In this document: positions 23,401-36,241 of the stretch, in pieces
How positions within the stretch are numbered: position 1 is the first letter of the stretch
Layout: each line of letters opens with the position of its first letter
Source of the DNA: Mayamaea pseudoterrestris
Lineage: Eukaryota
Length of the DNA: 64,000 nucleotides
Reading direction: 5' to 3'
Assembly: GCA_027923505.1 (NCBI GenBank)
Contig: BROI01000009.1
Location: 248,001 to 312,000, forward strand
The notes under the pieces: generated by a model
Told to the model about the DNA's origin: nothing
The model's input: the letters and a program-made list of their open reading frames with translations, nothing else
The model's database searches: none
Program-made: the position numbers and the translations under genes

Positions 23401-26400
23401 AACGACGGGACCGACGATTTGCGGGCGAAATAGGGGCATTAGCAGCTGATTGTAAAGATTCGCCGCGGGAGGAGGCGGAAAGCACACTCTTTGACTCATC
23501 TTCGGAGTGGAGGGTAGATTCGCGAAGGCTCCCATCTAATTCGCATACATCGTGAATAATCTGCATTAATATCTTCCGGTACGAACTGTTGGTGACAGAA
23601 TGAAGCAGAAGTAAGCCAACACAGATGCAATTCGAGTCGTAAAGTTACTGTGTACATACCTGAGAGGGACTCGCTGCTCGGTCACGGAACTCGTAGACCT
23701 AGTGGTTAATATTGTTTTCCCCGAGCCCGTGAAATTTCCCTTTTTCTGTATCTCATCAGCAACAGCTACGCCGAGAGCGCTCTTCCCCATACCCGATTCC
23801 CCCATTAGAAATATCATTGTGCTTTGCGCCTGTGGGTTTTGCAAAATGCCGTCGGAAATACTGATAATTGTCTCCTTCTCCATCAATCGGCCCACAAAGG
23901 GAATGGAGGATTTCTTCCTTTTGCTAATGGCTGTAGCAAAATTCGGCTCGAAAATTGTTACAGGGCGGTCATAACCCTTAGCTTGGACGGGCGGGAAAGC
24001 GGTGAACATAAATCTCGCATCGGCTTGTTCTTTGGCTGCATCGTCGACAAGAACTCCCTTGTTCTCTTTACTCGCCATCAGACGCGCTGCAAGATTAACG
24101 GCAGCGCCCATAACAGCGAATTCGTGACGCCTCACGCCGCCTACTACACCACAATAGACTTTGCCGTAGGTTGCCCCAATTCGGTTCTCCACTTTCAGCT
24201 CAGATTTTAAGGCATTATGTATGGCAAAGAGTGCCGGTAAACCATTATTCGATATCATGTTTGGAAATGTCGAGCCTCGCAATCCAAATGTGGCAATCAG
24301 GACAACCCCCTGTAAAGATTGTAAATGAAATAAGGTCAGTTACTTAGCCTATCGACACGAAAACCTCACGGCTCAACTATCCGGCAAGACTAACCTTATC
24401 GTCCACGATGAACTGCCGCAAGTGTCCTGAATATCTATCTAGCTCGCGCGAGACGACATACATGATATCATTTAACTTCTGAAACAGTACAATGTCCACC
24501 TCCTTCATGCCGGTCACCCTCGGGGTGAGCACAGCTTTAATGAATATTGTGAAAACCGATCTGAGCTCCGCTTCTGCCCGATGCCGGCTTTCAAGGGCCT
24601 CTTTCGGTTGTGCAACCTTGCCCGACTGAATCGAAGCTGATAACGCCAATTCCTCGCCCCTGATGACGGGATGCACGTAAAGCGCCATCTGACACAATAG
24701 TCGAGCTAGAGCCGAAGGACTGAGAGCTTTGCAATGCATACGAAGCGATTCGTACGGCTGTAGAGCCAGTTTGGGGTCGAACGGTTCAATGTTTCGGTCC
24801 GGTGTCAAATCAAATAAGAGTTCATTTCGCTTCGCGAGAAGTATAGGCTCTGTGGCGTAGCGGTGCTCGGCATCCACGTCACAAATGAATGCGAGCTGCA
24901 AGATGGCTTCCGGTGATATCATGACTTCTCCATCTGATGCAATGTCCGCCGCTTTTGAAACTTGGTCGATGGCGCTGCCCAAAAGAAGGAATTCTCGCCG
25001 CAATTCAACACCCTCTTCGTCCGCGTCCTCTTTGTGATCGCCCACGTGCAAGCCAGCCAAGGTACCCACTCCGATCCCACAATGTACATTCAACATTGCG
25101 TCGGTAGTACTCCCAGAAGAAACAACATAATCCGAGTACTTGGCCACGATGGAAGCAGCCGCTTGGCATGCATTCAAAACGCAGGGGGCAGTCTTGGGAA
25201 TATCATCGTCGTCGTCCCACGCCATGTCATTAATGGAAGCCAGAGAGACATTGAGTTCCATCAGCGGATTGCTGCCGCTCGACTTGCTTGCCTTACTATA
25301 TTCATCATCGTCAATAACCTTCCATTCACAAAAAAGAGCATCTCCGGCTATACGTAAAATGTCCCCGCCGTGCGAAATGACTTCAGTAACAATCATATCA
25401 AAGTACGCGTTTATTGTCTTGGCAAATGACTCAACGTCCAGAATCGTTGAAAGTCGTGTGAATCCGCTCATGTCAACGAAAAGGAGAGCAGACTCTCGAC
25501 TTACTGATTTGGGCGTTGGCATCATATTCTTATTACCCTTGCCTTGCACGCGCATGATGGCGTCAGAGAATTGCATCCCGTCAAAGATGCTTGCAGTGGT
25601 CACCGATGATGCAGTACTGCTTGCTTTTGAGCTTTGTGAGCCCTCCGACGACACTGATTCATCCCCATTGCCAGTTTCATCAATATCATCGTCAGAGTCG
25701 TCGTCGCGATTCGAGTTGTAGGCGTGGGTGTAAAGCAGTAAATTCTGTGCCTTCTTATTCGATCTTCCCTTCTTTTCCTTGGAGCTTGTCACGTGGGCCT
25801 GCTTGGTCGCTTCGATTCGCCATAGCATGAGTTCATGGCGAATGAGATCTTCTAAGACTGTCCTAGGCGTATGAAAAGAAAACCATACCAAAGACTCGAT
25901 AATTTGGTCCGTCTTAGCGGCTCGCGCCTTCACCGAATCCGAGTCTCTTGGTGATGCCTTCCAGTTCGCCACTGGTTGCGTTGTATCGGACCGAAAGGAT
26001 CGAAATGACGCACTTCCAAAAGCCCCTCCCACATCCATACTTTCTGTTACTGATAGCATTCCGTCGCTCGACACTGCACGCGACCGCGTTGGACTCTGTT
26101 GACTTTGGTCGAACCAACTCATGCTCGATTGGGAATGGATGGATGCTATCGATGATCGTCGTGTTAACCTAGGTGGTTGCTCCTTGACTCGCATGTGTTT
26201 GCTACCTGCTCCATTCTGACTTCCAAGATATTCCTTCAAGGAGTGTATTTTGTTGCTGTCGCCCGTATAGTCATTCACTCGTCCAAGGCCTTTGGCCAAC
26301 TTCCTCTCGCTAGCTTGCTTGCTCATAGATTTCTTACCCAAAGTACTGAAAACGGAAGGATCGTCGTCGTCCTCGCTATCAATGTCGGAGCTCTCGTATC

Positions 26401-26629
26401 CGTCCGACGCCAAGCTCCTTTGCGAGTTCTGGTGTCTATTGGCAGCTTTAGTGGGAAGGCAACAATCTCTTGCTCCTGCTGACTTTCGTCGAGTTTGGGA
26501 AGGCCAACTCGTTGGATCTGGTGTGGGCGACGGAGGAACATTCACATGACCATATCCGTAATCAATGTAGTCCGCAGACGCCGCAGCTTCCTTCGCATGT
26601 TTGCGCTGATGATCTGACAGATCTGACAT
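20439..26629 (-). CDS. Soluble adenylyl cyclase (ADCY10/sAC)-like protein: two class III cyclase domains, P-loop STAND ATPase, TPR-like C-terminus; 4 exons
   Basis: Exons 26629-24395, 24309-23660, 23585-22247 and 22175-20439. C1 LLFVDMSGFT...IAGDAL; C2 FIVDDKG...GAAVNLAARLM; Walker A GESGMGKS; Walker B LLDDFQWVD; TGGLPVYV. Confidence 0.85.
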
Positions 26630-27201
26630 GATGCGAGGGACGCGCCAGCCAGTTGTGCGTGCGTTTCTTCGACAAGGGCAGTGCCCTGCTGTTTCTAAAC
26701 TTCAACGAGCGACTTTTCAGAGAACGGATGATTCTGGCAAGAAAACTTAACGAAGTTACTACCACAAGCTTCAAAATAATGTGAAAATGAGATGGTCGTG
26801 GTTGTTGGCTTAATCTCGTCTACAACAAAAGTGTTGTTGGCCATCATCAAACCTTTCACTTTGTACATACAGTATCGGTCATTCGCAAGCCATAATCCAC
26901 GGTCATTTGCCGGCAAGTCACAATTCGATCATTTGTGTAGTACCGGTACGATAGGCTGCCGAAGTGAGTCAGCTAGCGACGGTACAAATAGGCGCCTATC
27001 GATCGTCGCACTTCCATCCTCCATTATCAGAGAGAAAAGGCCTCTACTAAGCTACTGTCGCGAGGACTACCTGTATATGCTGTCATACTATGCAACGTAG
27101 TAGTCAGAGAAGCACAACTTGAACGTCGTCATAACGAGAAACAACTATCGTAGCATACTCGTAAAGATCATCAACCGTTTCTTAAGGCGCAGTCGAGTGC
27201 C

Positions 27202-27513
27202 ATGCTTCTTTCCAATGGACGACATTTCTTATCGCTGGTTCTTCGGTCAAGAGGATCAATATCTCGATGGAAACTTGGTTCACGTCTCACCGGTCACCGA
27301 CAACAATCGTCGACAGCTCCTACCACTGAATCAAAGAAACATGAATCCAAGTACTACATGTATACATTTGGAGCCATTCTCGTTGCGGCCAACGTATTTA
27401 CGGTTTGGCAAGAGTTTGACGCGCACAATGACGAGACCCACAAGCTTAGGCTTGAGCGAAAGGCGGCATGGGAGAAAGAAGAACAGGAAACGCGGAAACA
27501 CGACCAGAAGTGA
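27202..27513 (+). CDS. Small hypothetical single-pass membrane protein, mitochondrial-presequence-like N-terminus
   Basis: Arg/Ser-rich N-terminus lacking acidic residues, one hydrophobic segment (YYMYTFGAILVAANVFTVW), charged coiled C-terminus. Confidence 0.5.
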   Translation: MLLSNGRHFLSLVLRSRGSISRWKLGSRLTGHRQQSSTAPTTESKKHESKYYMYTFGAILVAANVFTVWQEFDAHNDETHKLRLERKAAWEKEEQETRKHDQK

Positions 27514-27706
27514 CAAAGGCATGGCATCGCTTGACACGATTATCGGTGCGCACTCACTACCTGCTCGAGCAGTGAATAGCGCGCCACCCCCTGAGATTTT
27601 GCTACATACGATATTGTACTCGTAGCTATGAAACATTCAAAGTGATCTTGTCAAAAGGTCTAAATACGTCGGTACTGTACTCGGTAGAGAGAGGAAGCCT
27701 TCTTAT

Positions 27707-29444
27707 TTATCCGAAGTGCGCACTCGGTGAAATCACATCGTCTATCTTTAGGATCATCTTGGTGACTTGCACTGCTAACAAGAGCTGCTCCTTCTTTCCC
27801 ATTAACGTTTCAAATACACCAACCTCGCGCATGTCGCAAATATGAGTTCCATCCGCATTCGCATCCCGATCAACCCCTTGCCCGATAGTCGGAACACCTT
27901 CCTTAAGTTGTTTGGACTTGGCCGCCGCAACTTCATCAATTGGCGACAAGCCAGCATTCTCTGCAAGCGCCATTGGAATATCGTCCAACGCACTGGCAAA
28001 CGCTCGAATCGCATATTGATCAACGCCGGTCACAGTGTCGGCAAACTTACTTACCGCCAAAGAACATGCCGTCTCGGCCGATCCGCCTCCATAAACAATC
28101 CGATTGTCACGAATCAAGTTTCGAACCACGCACATGGCATCGTGCAGAGAGCGCTTGGCTTCATCAACAATCATTTTGGATCCACCCCGCACCAAGACTG
28201 TCACTGCCGTCGTGTTAACAGGATCCTCAATCACCAGCATGGTTTCCTTTCCAAACTGCACTTGCCGCACACACTTGGCATGTCCGAGCTTTCCCGAAGT
28301 AATTTCCTGAAAGCGCGCAACGATGCGGCCGCCAGTGGCCATGGCAATATGCTCCATTTCCACGCCTCCAACCCACCGAACAGCTGCCAAGTCATTCACA
28401 TGCAACAAATGGTTCGCTTCGTCGTCAAATCCCCACTGACAAATGACCAAGTTGGCTCCACTATCCTTGACCTTCTTGACCATGTCGGTAAAGTAGTCTT
28501 GCTCCTGCTGATATAGTCGTTCATACGCTTCGGGACTGGTAATTTCAAGCTTGTGCTTAGTCTTTGGCTTGGGCGGTTCAAATGGACATGTCAGAATGCA
28601 AAGCTTGGCATTTTTTATCTCCTTTGGCATTTGCGGATGCGAAATCTCCTTGTCTATAACAATGCCATGAACAAGCTGGGCATCCTCGAGCGACCCACCG
28701 GTCTTGCCTTCGACGCGAATGCGATCAAAATTGACATCTTTGCGGTCCAAGTCAGCTACACTGAGGACGGCTTGAACGGCAATCTCAGCCATTTTGTCCT
28801 TGTGCGAGCTTCCAATCTTGCTGCTCAGCGTCGTCATGGCTGTGGTTCGCAAGGCGGCGTGATTGTCTGCGTGAATATCCATGGTTTCAGCAATGTCGTC
28901 CAAAGTCTTGAGAGCCACTTGAACTGCTCGTTCGTAACCTTCGGCGATGCGAACCGGAGATATGCCTTTAAGCAATAATCCTTCGGCTTGTTCCAGCAGC
29001 GCTCCAGCCAAAACGACAACTCCGGTGGTTCCGTCGCCAATCTCATCATCCTGCGAAACGGAAAGTTCCACCATGAAGCGAGCGACTGGATGGTCAACCT
29101 GTAGCTGTTGCAGAATGGTCGCTCCATCGTTAGTGATCGTGACGTCTCCATCTGGCGAGACAAGCATCTTGTCCAAACCCTTGGGGCCAAGCGAGCTTCG
29201 CAGCAAGGTGCTGATGGATCGGGCGGCTAAACTGTTGGATCGCGTCGCCTCGAGTCCTTGTAGACGCGTCTTGGCTTGCTGCTCCCGCAATATAATGAAA
29301 GGGCGACCGTATTCATCTGTAGGAGGTTATAATATTAGGTGATCATTAGACTTTTGTAGAAAGTGTGTTACTACTGTACGTGTAACTGGATTCATCAATC
29401 AATGAACGAGCAAAATTCTGATACTTACCATAAACCATCGACAT
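27707..29444 (-). CDS. CCT5: T-complex protein 1 subunit epsilon, 2 exons
   Basis: Exons 29444-29429 and 29316-27707 give [18 protein letters not shown]. Also [34 protein letters not shown] and [13 protein letters not shown]. Confidence 0.95.
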
Positions 29445-29820
29445 GATGATAAAAGCTCTTATGTGAATGCTAGAATTCTGATAAAGTGTCGGCTGTGTGG
29501 CTTGCAATCAAACTAATAATGGTGTTGTGCTGCCCGCAACAATGCCATGGCGGGAAGGACGTGTGGTTCCGCACACAAGGGAAAGATTTCATGTCGTATG
29601 CGACATTAAACGTTACTCGCACTTTCTTTCGACTCGGATCGCTGCGCTGCGCTGGTGCTACAAGTCAGCTTGTTTTTCCCGACTGCTCCAAAATAGACCA
29701 CGTTTAACGCTGCTGCATAGGAGTAACACAATAGACGAATCGCTGACCATCACGGCGAGGACGAGCATTTTCAAATACAGCGTATACGGTACCGATACCG
29801 TATCATACCTTCCTCGTTCC

Positions 29821-32800
29821 ATGAAGTTGGCTTTAGGAAGTAGCAACTACTCAAGGTACGTCTCAATCATGCAGTCTATGCAGCATGTCTCTGATACATC
29901 ACGAAAGATCGTCGATCTGACTCGGTCGTATTTCGATCTCAACAAGTTTGACGAAACTTTCATCGCTTGCGACAATGATGGTGTGCTTCACTGTCACTAT
30001 GCGACGCGGATCTGTCACTGCCTTTGGATTGGCTTCGTCCATACCATCACGGACAGTTGTTACGGCTGCATCAACTTCACGAACTCCCTTTTTAACCTTG
30101 TTTGGGAAACGAACGAGCAATCGCAGTCAAAGCAAGTGGACGAAACCAACAACGGTAGCTCTTTCGTCGGTCACATCACGAGCAGTTTCGGCGTTGGACT
30201 TGGAAAAGACGCTTCACGTTGAACATCCTGCCTATGATGTTGTTCAACGCGACATTGTTCACGAGTATGGGGCCTACTGCACGCTATTTCGGCACAAAAA
30301 ATCGGGAGCGCAGTTATTGAGCGTATCGAGCGAGGACGACAATAAGGTGTTTGGGATTACCTTTCGCACACCACCGGAAGACTCGACCGGCGTCCCACAC
30401 ATTTTGGAGCATTCCGTTCTTTGCGGCAGTCGCAAGTACCAAACAAAGGATCCTTTTGTACATTTGCTCAAAGGAAGTCTGCAAACTTTTTTGAATGCTT
30501 TCACCTATCCAGATCGGACATGCTACGTAGTGGCGAGTCAGAACGAAAAAGATTTTTTTAACCTATGCAACGTATACGCCGATGCCGTCTTTTACCCCCG
30601 AGCGATTCGCGATCCCATGGTACTTGCGCAGGAGGGATGGCATTTTGAGCTTGAGGACAGGAACGAGCCGTTGACATATAAGGGAGTCGTGTACAATGAA
30701 ATGAAGGGTGTCTACTCAAGCCCTGATTCGTTGCTGATGCGAGCGTCCCAGCGAAGCATATTTCCCGACAATACATATTCGGTAGACAGTGGTGGGGATC
30801 CGAGTGTTATTCCGGAACTATCGTTTTCGCAATTCTCCGAATTTCATCATCGATTCTATCACCCCAGCAATTCTCGCATCTACTTTTCGGGTGACGACGA
30901 TGTTTATACTCGGCTTGAATTCATGGACTCGTATCTGCATGAATTTGACGCTTCGCCTGAATATGCCATAAAGAGCGAAGTTGCGTGGCAGGCAAAAACA
31001 TTTATGGAGCCCAAGCGGGAAGTTCACTCGTACCCAGCTGGTGCGGACCAACCCGAAACACACATGTTCACTGTCAATTGGCTATTAAACGAGAAGCCAA
31101 TGAGTGCGACGGACGAGTTGACGCTTGGTGTGTTAAATCATTTGTTAATGGGTACATCTTCCTCAATTTTGTATAAGACGCTCATGGAGAGTGGACTCGG
31201 TGACGCCGTGACAGGAGGTGGCCTTTCCGACGAGCTCCTGCAGGCAACGTACTCGGTAGGATTGAAGGGAGTTCAGCCTGACAAGGTCGCTGCCGTTGAG
31301 ACTTTAATTGAAAATACATTGACAAAGGTAGTCGCTGAAGGCTTTCCGGCGGAGGAGATTGCCTCGTCAATGAACACAATCGAGTTTCAGATGCGCGAGT
31401 TCAACACTGGCTCGTTCCCCAAGGGATTGAGCATTATGCTAGGAACCATGAGCAAGTGGCTCTACGACAGAGACCCAATGGATGCTCTCAAATTTGAAAA
31501 GCCTCTTGCTGATTTAAAGGCCAAGATTGCCAAGTCCGGCTCGCAAGTTTTCAAGGACATGCTCCGCGAACTTTTGATTGACAATACGCATCGATCAACG
31601 GTCGAACTCAAGCCTTCCAAGACACTCGAAGAAGAGATAGTAAAAGATGAGATTAAGCGGTTGGAACAAATAAAGTCTGAACTATCAGCGGCTGATCTGG
31701 ACGAAATTATTCAAAAAACGGCAGATTTAAAGATGTTGCAAGCGACTGATGATTCCCCCGAAGCGACGGCGACAATTCCAGGTCTCAAGCTTAGTGACTT
31801 AAAGCGCGAATCATCCGAGTACCCCATAGAGGTTTCTGAAAATGAAAATGGGTCTGGTGTTACCGTCGTTCGTCACGCATTGGGTTCGACTTCGGGGATT
31901 GCCTATATCAGTTTGGCAGTCGATATGTCTGTGCTGTCTCTCGAGGAAATTTCCCTTCTCCCAATCTTTTCCAAGGCCATGCGAGAAACTGGGGCTGGTC
32001 AATATGATCCTGTTGAGCTGTCACAACAGATTGGTACTCACACGGGTGGGGTGGGCGTTTCGGATCTGATCACAGCGGTGCATGTAAAAGGGCTTCCCGA
32101 GGATGCTGCCAGCCCTGGCGAAAATATGCAGACAAAACTTATTATCAAGGGCAAGTCCACTAGTGAAAAGGTCGACAAACTTTTTGAACTGTTCTTGCTT
32201 GTCCTCACGGACGCAAGATTTGACTCTAAGCAGAAAATTGTCGAATTGCTGCGAGAAAGCCGGTCTCGTCTTGAATCGAAAATCCAAGGCTCCGGACACT
32301 CGATGGTGAGCACTCGCATGAAAGCGAGATACCGAGTGGGAGCATTCATTGAAGAGTTGTTGGGCGGAATTACCTATCTGGAAACGGTCAAGCGACTGCT
32401 CAAGGAAGCGGAAGAGGACTGGCCAAGTCTTTTGGCGAAGCTTGAGTTGATGCGGTCGAAAATTCTCGACCCTTTGACATGTCGTTCAGGCATCATTGTT
32501 GACATAATAGGAGATCAAGAGGTGCTTGATGCAATCAAGCCGCAGCTGAAAATCTTTTTGAAAGATCTTCCAGGTGAAAGTAGCGGCAAGAAGCTGATCG
32601 ATTTTAATAAAGAGTTACATCCGTGGGTTCCGCAGGCCAAGAAAACGATGGCTGAGATGGTACCCGTTGTTGATGAAGGATTTATCGTTCCAACGCAGGT
32701 GTCGTACGTGGGCAAGTCCGGCATGCTGTACGATGTCGGAGAGAAGGTGCCAGGTTCTGCCGCCGTGGTAGCACGATTCTTGCGAACTGGATATCTTTGG

Positions 32801-33262
32801 GACAGGGTACGTGTCATGGGCGGAGCGTACGGCGGTTTTTGCCAGTTTTCTCCGTTCTCTGGGTTCTTTGCTTTTTTAAGCTATCGTGACCCGAATCTCG
32901 ACAAGACAATTGACGTGTACGACGGTGCTGCCGAGGCGCTTGAAATAGCGGCGGATGCCATGGAGTCTAATCCAGAAATGCTTGAAACTGCTATTATTGG
33001 AACAATTGGCGACATGGACGGTGCATTGTCGCCGGATCAGAAGGGGTCGACTGCTTTCCAGCGATGGATGATTAACGAGAGTGCAGAGTACCGCCAGGGA
33101 TACCGCGATGAGATTCTCGCCACGCAGCCAAGTGATTTTCGAGAGTTTGCTCGAAGGCTGAGGAATATGAAGAATCCTTCGGTGGCTGTAGTGAGTTCTA
33201 AGGCCAAATTTGAGGAAGCCGCAAATGCAGGCAAGGTCATGTCATTGACAGAGGTGTTTTGA
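29821..33262 (+). CDS. PreP: Presequence protease (pitrilysin M16C family)
   Basis: HILEHSVLCGS (HxxEH), GVVYNEMKG and RVMGGAYGG. The start is uncertain: probably exon 29821-29855 spliced via gtacgt...aag to 29947, otherwise ATG 29975. Confidence 0.9.
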
Positions 33263-33766
33263 TAACTCGTTGCATAACCATTGCACAACCAGAAATCGGT
33301 AGAGAAAGTTACCTGCGTTGACTCGTACTTTACTGAGAAGTTTCTTACGTCGCCTGTTGATAACCGTAGGTATATAATACAAGCTGATCGCGCTTGTTAT
33401 CGAGAGCTATGATACCGGTACGCCGTACGTATGTATATGTACGACTGACTGTGAGTCATGATCGTCGGCCGAGCTTTGTGAATACTCTTCTTTTCATCAT
33501 TATTCATCTTTATTCTCGGTGCGACAAAGAGACTCGTCCTGCGTTGCAAGCGTGCAAACCGTCTCGGAGGAATTGATGGCTTATGTGCAAGTTGACAAAC
33601 GGATGGCGCAGCGCTGCCATAGGTGCAAAGCCACTCGTCGCTAATATCGCTGCTACCGACTCACAAGCTTGTTTGTCTCTAGCAATCTACAAGGTGTCGA
33701 TGCAACACGCTGCTCTGGGGAGCAAAGTGGGGGTAAATACATTGGGGAAACAAAAATTACGAAGGA

Positions 33767-35321
33767 ATGGCATCAGAGCATCCACCTGCGCCGGATGACG
33801 TTCACTCAGAATATTGGCCGCAGTACTATCCGACCTTGCCACCTATGGCCGGTCCTTATCCTTACTACTACCATGGACAACCAGGATATGTTTTACATCC
33901 CATGTATCCGCAGCAAGCAGCGTATGGGTAAGTCGTATCATAGTCGTCAATTCCGCAGTGGTAGCGGTGCAAGTGTACGTCGCAGCATAACCTTTGCGAC
34001 ACTGTCGTTGAATGTGACGCACTCGACCTGTCGACGAGTCGATGCAAGGCGTGGAGTCTCGGGAGCCCCGCTCGCTTCCAGAGGATCCACCTGTCTTTTG
34101 CGGCCCATTCGTTGCATAAAAGGGAGTGCGTGTTGGTCTGCTGATTACGTTTGGACTCACTGGCGGTGTGTTGCTGTCTTTGGTGTCCAGGTATCAGTAT
34201 CCTTTGCAGGCGATGGAAGGCGTTCCTCTCCCTCCTGGAATTCCAGGCTACGGTGGATCAACTGACCCTCTTGAAGCAATTCTTGGTCCCTTTCCATGTG
34301 CAAGGCTACGAAACTTGTTCTTTGATGCTTCAGTTGAAGACATTTTGCATCTGTTTCAAGGGCTCCTGGTAATTGACGTTCTTCTCATTGGACATGGGGA
34401 AGCGTTTGTTATCTTTGCCAATCCGATGGATTTTCAAATGGCTTTGCAAAGGTAAGTTGCGGTCCGCAGCATCAAAGATACGGTACCGTGTACCGTTTCA
34501 ATACTTTACCCACCCATTCGGCTATCTTGCTTTCTACTTTATTCTGGTAAGAAACGGACAGTCTATGCGACGAACATTTGTTGATATTACGCCTTCGTCT
34601 AGAGGCGATTACTACGAAGCAGTCGCTAACGTACGTTGACATGGATGATATCACTGACACTTATTGCCTTTTGGGATTGTACAAAGGCGTGCACTTACCG
34701 TACATCTTTTTCATTATACAACCTTTTGAACAGCAGCAACATCACGAGCAAGAGCACGAACGTCGCCCTGACTACTCGGCTGGGGCAACTCTTGCAGACG
34801 AACGAAGCGCGGATGGCCAACGCTCCTCGGGTAGCGCTGCCGATGTGAATTCGCTTTGGGGATCGTCTCACGAAGATATCCGAGGGTCGTCGCCCTTTAG
34901 TGGTCGGTTTGGAGGTGGAAGTATGTCCTCGAAAGGGCAAGTAACGTTGGCGGTCAATCGTGGCCATCGCGGCAGCGGTGCCATTGCCTTTCACGCGCCA
35001 CCGCAGAAGCGTGTTGGCGGTGGCATTCAAATTGGTGAGCATACTGGTTTCCTTCGCATGCGTGGTCTTCCCTTCGCCGCCACCAAGGACGATGTAATTG
35101 ATTTTTTTCGCGCATACAATCCCATACCAGAGAGTGTTGTGATCACTTATCGCAACGATGGTCGCCCAACGGGCGAAGCTTACATTGGTTTTATGAATTC
35201 AGATGAAGCGCAGCGTGCCATGGAGCTTCACCGTCGGTCCATGGGCTCGCGATACATTGAGCTCTTTATCAGCAATCAAGACGAGCAAAGTCGGGCGTTG
35301 GCTCGTTTCGGGAGTCATTAG
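33767..35321 (+). CDS. hnRNP F/H / ESRP-like qRRM RNA-binding protein, 4 exons
   Basis: Proposed exons 33767-33927, 34191-34451, 34552-34630 and 34734-35321. P/Y-rich N-terminus; qRRM1 (CARLRNLFFDAS...GEAFVIF); qRRM2 (LRMRGLPFAATKDDVIDFF...GRPTGEAYIGF...MGSRYIELF). Confidence 0.75.
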
Positions 35322-35587
35322 TCAAGTGGCGCATGACTTTGTCGGTGTGTTTTGGAGAAGGAACTTGCTTTTTTGGTTTACTGTCGTCACCTGTCGTCGC
35401 GAGTATGTAAGTAGTATTCCAAGCTGTTTGGTCGCTGATGGGTTGATTATAGGTGGCCTTGTCGGAGCCTCTTCTTGTTGCCGGATCAGCTGACTTATAA
35501 CTATGATGTATGTAATAATCGTTGCGAACAGTTCTATGACTAAGATCGTCGATTTATTGTAAACAGTAGACTCTATTTAATCAATGG

Positions 35588-35878
35588 TTATCCAAAAATC
35601 GATCCAACAAACACAAAACCAAGTGTCATGCCGACACCAGCTAAAGCGTAGCTCACCATTGTCGATCCAAAAGACGGTTGCTGGTCTGTCTGCTGTGTAG
35701 CATCTGCAACGAATCGCAAGGGGATCCTAGCCGGAGTATTATTCTGTGAAACTGAAACCAAACTACTATCATCCAGATCCAGCGTCGCCGGAAGTCGTTG
35801 CTTGGGTTTTCGAGGATCTCGCACTACCGTCCTTCGGGGCTTTTGTACCGCCATGAGCATCAATGATCTTCGAAACAT
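35588..35878 (-). CDS. Small hypothetical protein with mitochondrial-type leader and C-terminal hydrophobic helix
   Basis: MFRRSLMLMAVQKPRR... start; ends with PSFGSTMVSYALAGVGMTLGFVFVGSIFG. Confidence 0.5.
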   Translation of the reverse strand: MFRRSLMLMAVQKPRRTVVRDPRKPKQRLPATLDLDDSSLVSVSQNNTPARIPLRFVADATQQTDQQPSFGSTMVSYALAGVGMTLGFVFVGSIFG

Positions 35879-36241
35879 TATACGTGAATTGTTCGTTGCG
35901 CAAACAGGCGGAAGCTTTAAATTATTTATACGATATGTGGTTTGCGTTTCGCAGCGCTTCATCGAAACGCATCATCGGTCAGTCGTGTCAGTCGTGCGTG
36001 TTGTGGATCGCGCGCAAAAGGATGAGGCTCGCACCGCTTCTATTGGCTCACGGAGAAACCGTATCGGCACTCGCATTCTTGATGCTGACGTCAGCGTCTG
36101 GGTGCACGTTTCGCGATGACGGCGTGACCGAGAAGCTTTGCTGAGCCATCCACTCGGCACCTCGAAGCTCATCCACTACGATCAATCTGTTGAACAAAAC
36201 TCAACAAGGATTAATACTCCGACATTTATACAATATAAAAA

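Noticed and set aside
22232..24377. Cyclase, ISWI, Nup85 and kinase ORFs appearing fragmented (pseudogenes or frameshifts)
   Set aside because: All breaks are explained by canonical GT-AG introns with matching phases.
29497..30222. 241-aa ORF upstream of and overlapping PreP
   Set aside because: It has no recognisable motifs and spans the divergent promoter and the PreP 5' end in another frame.
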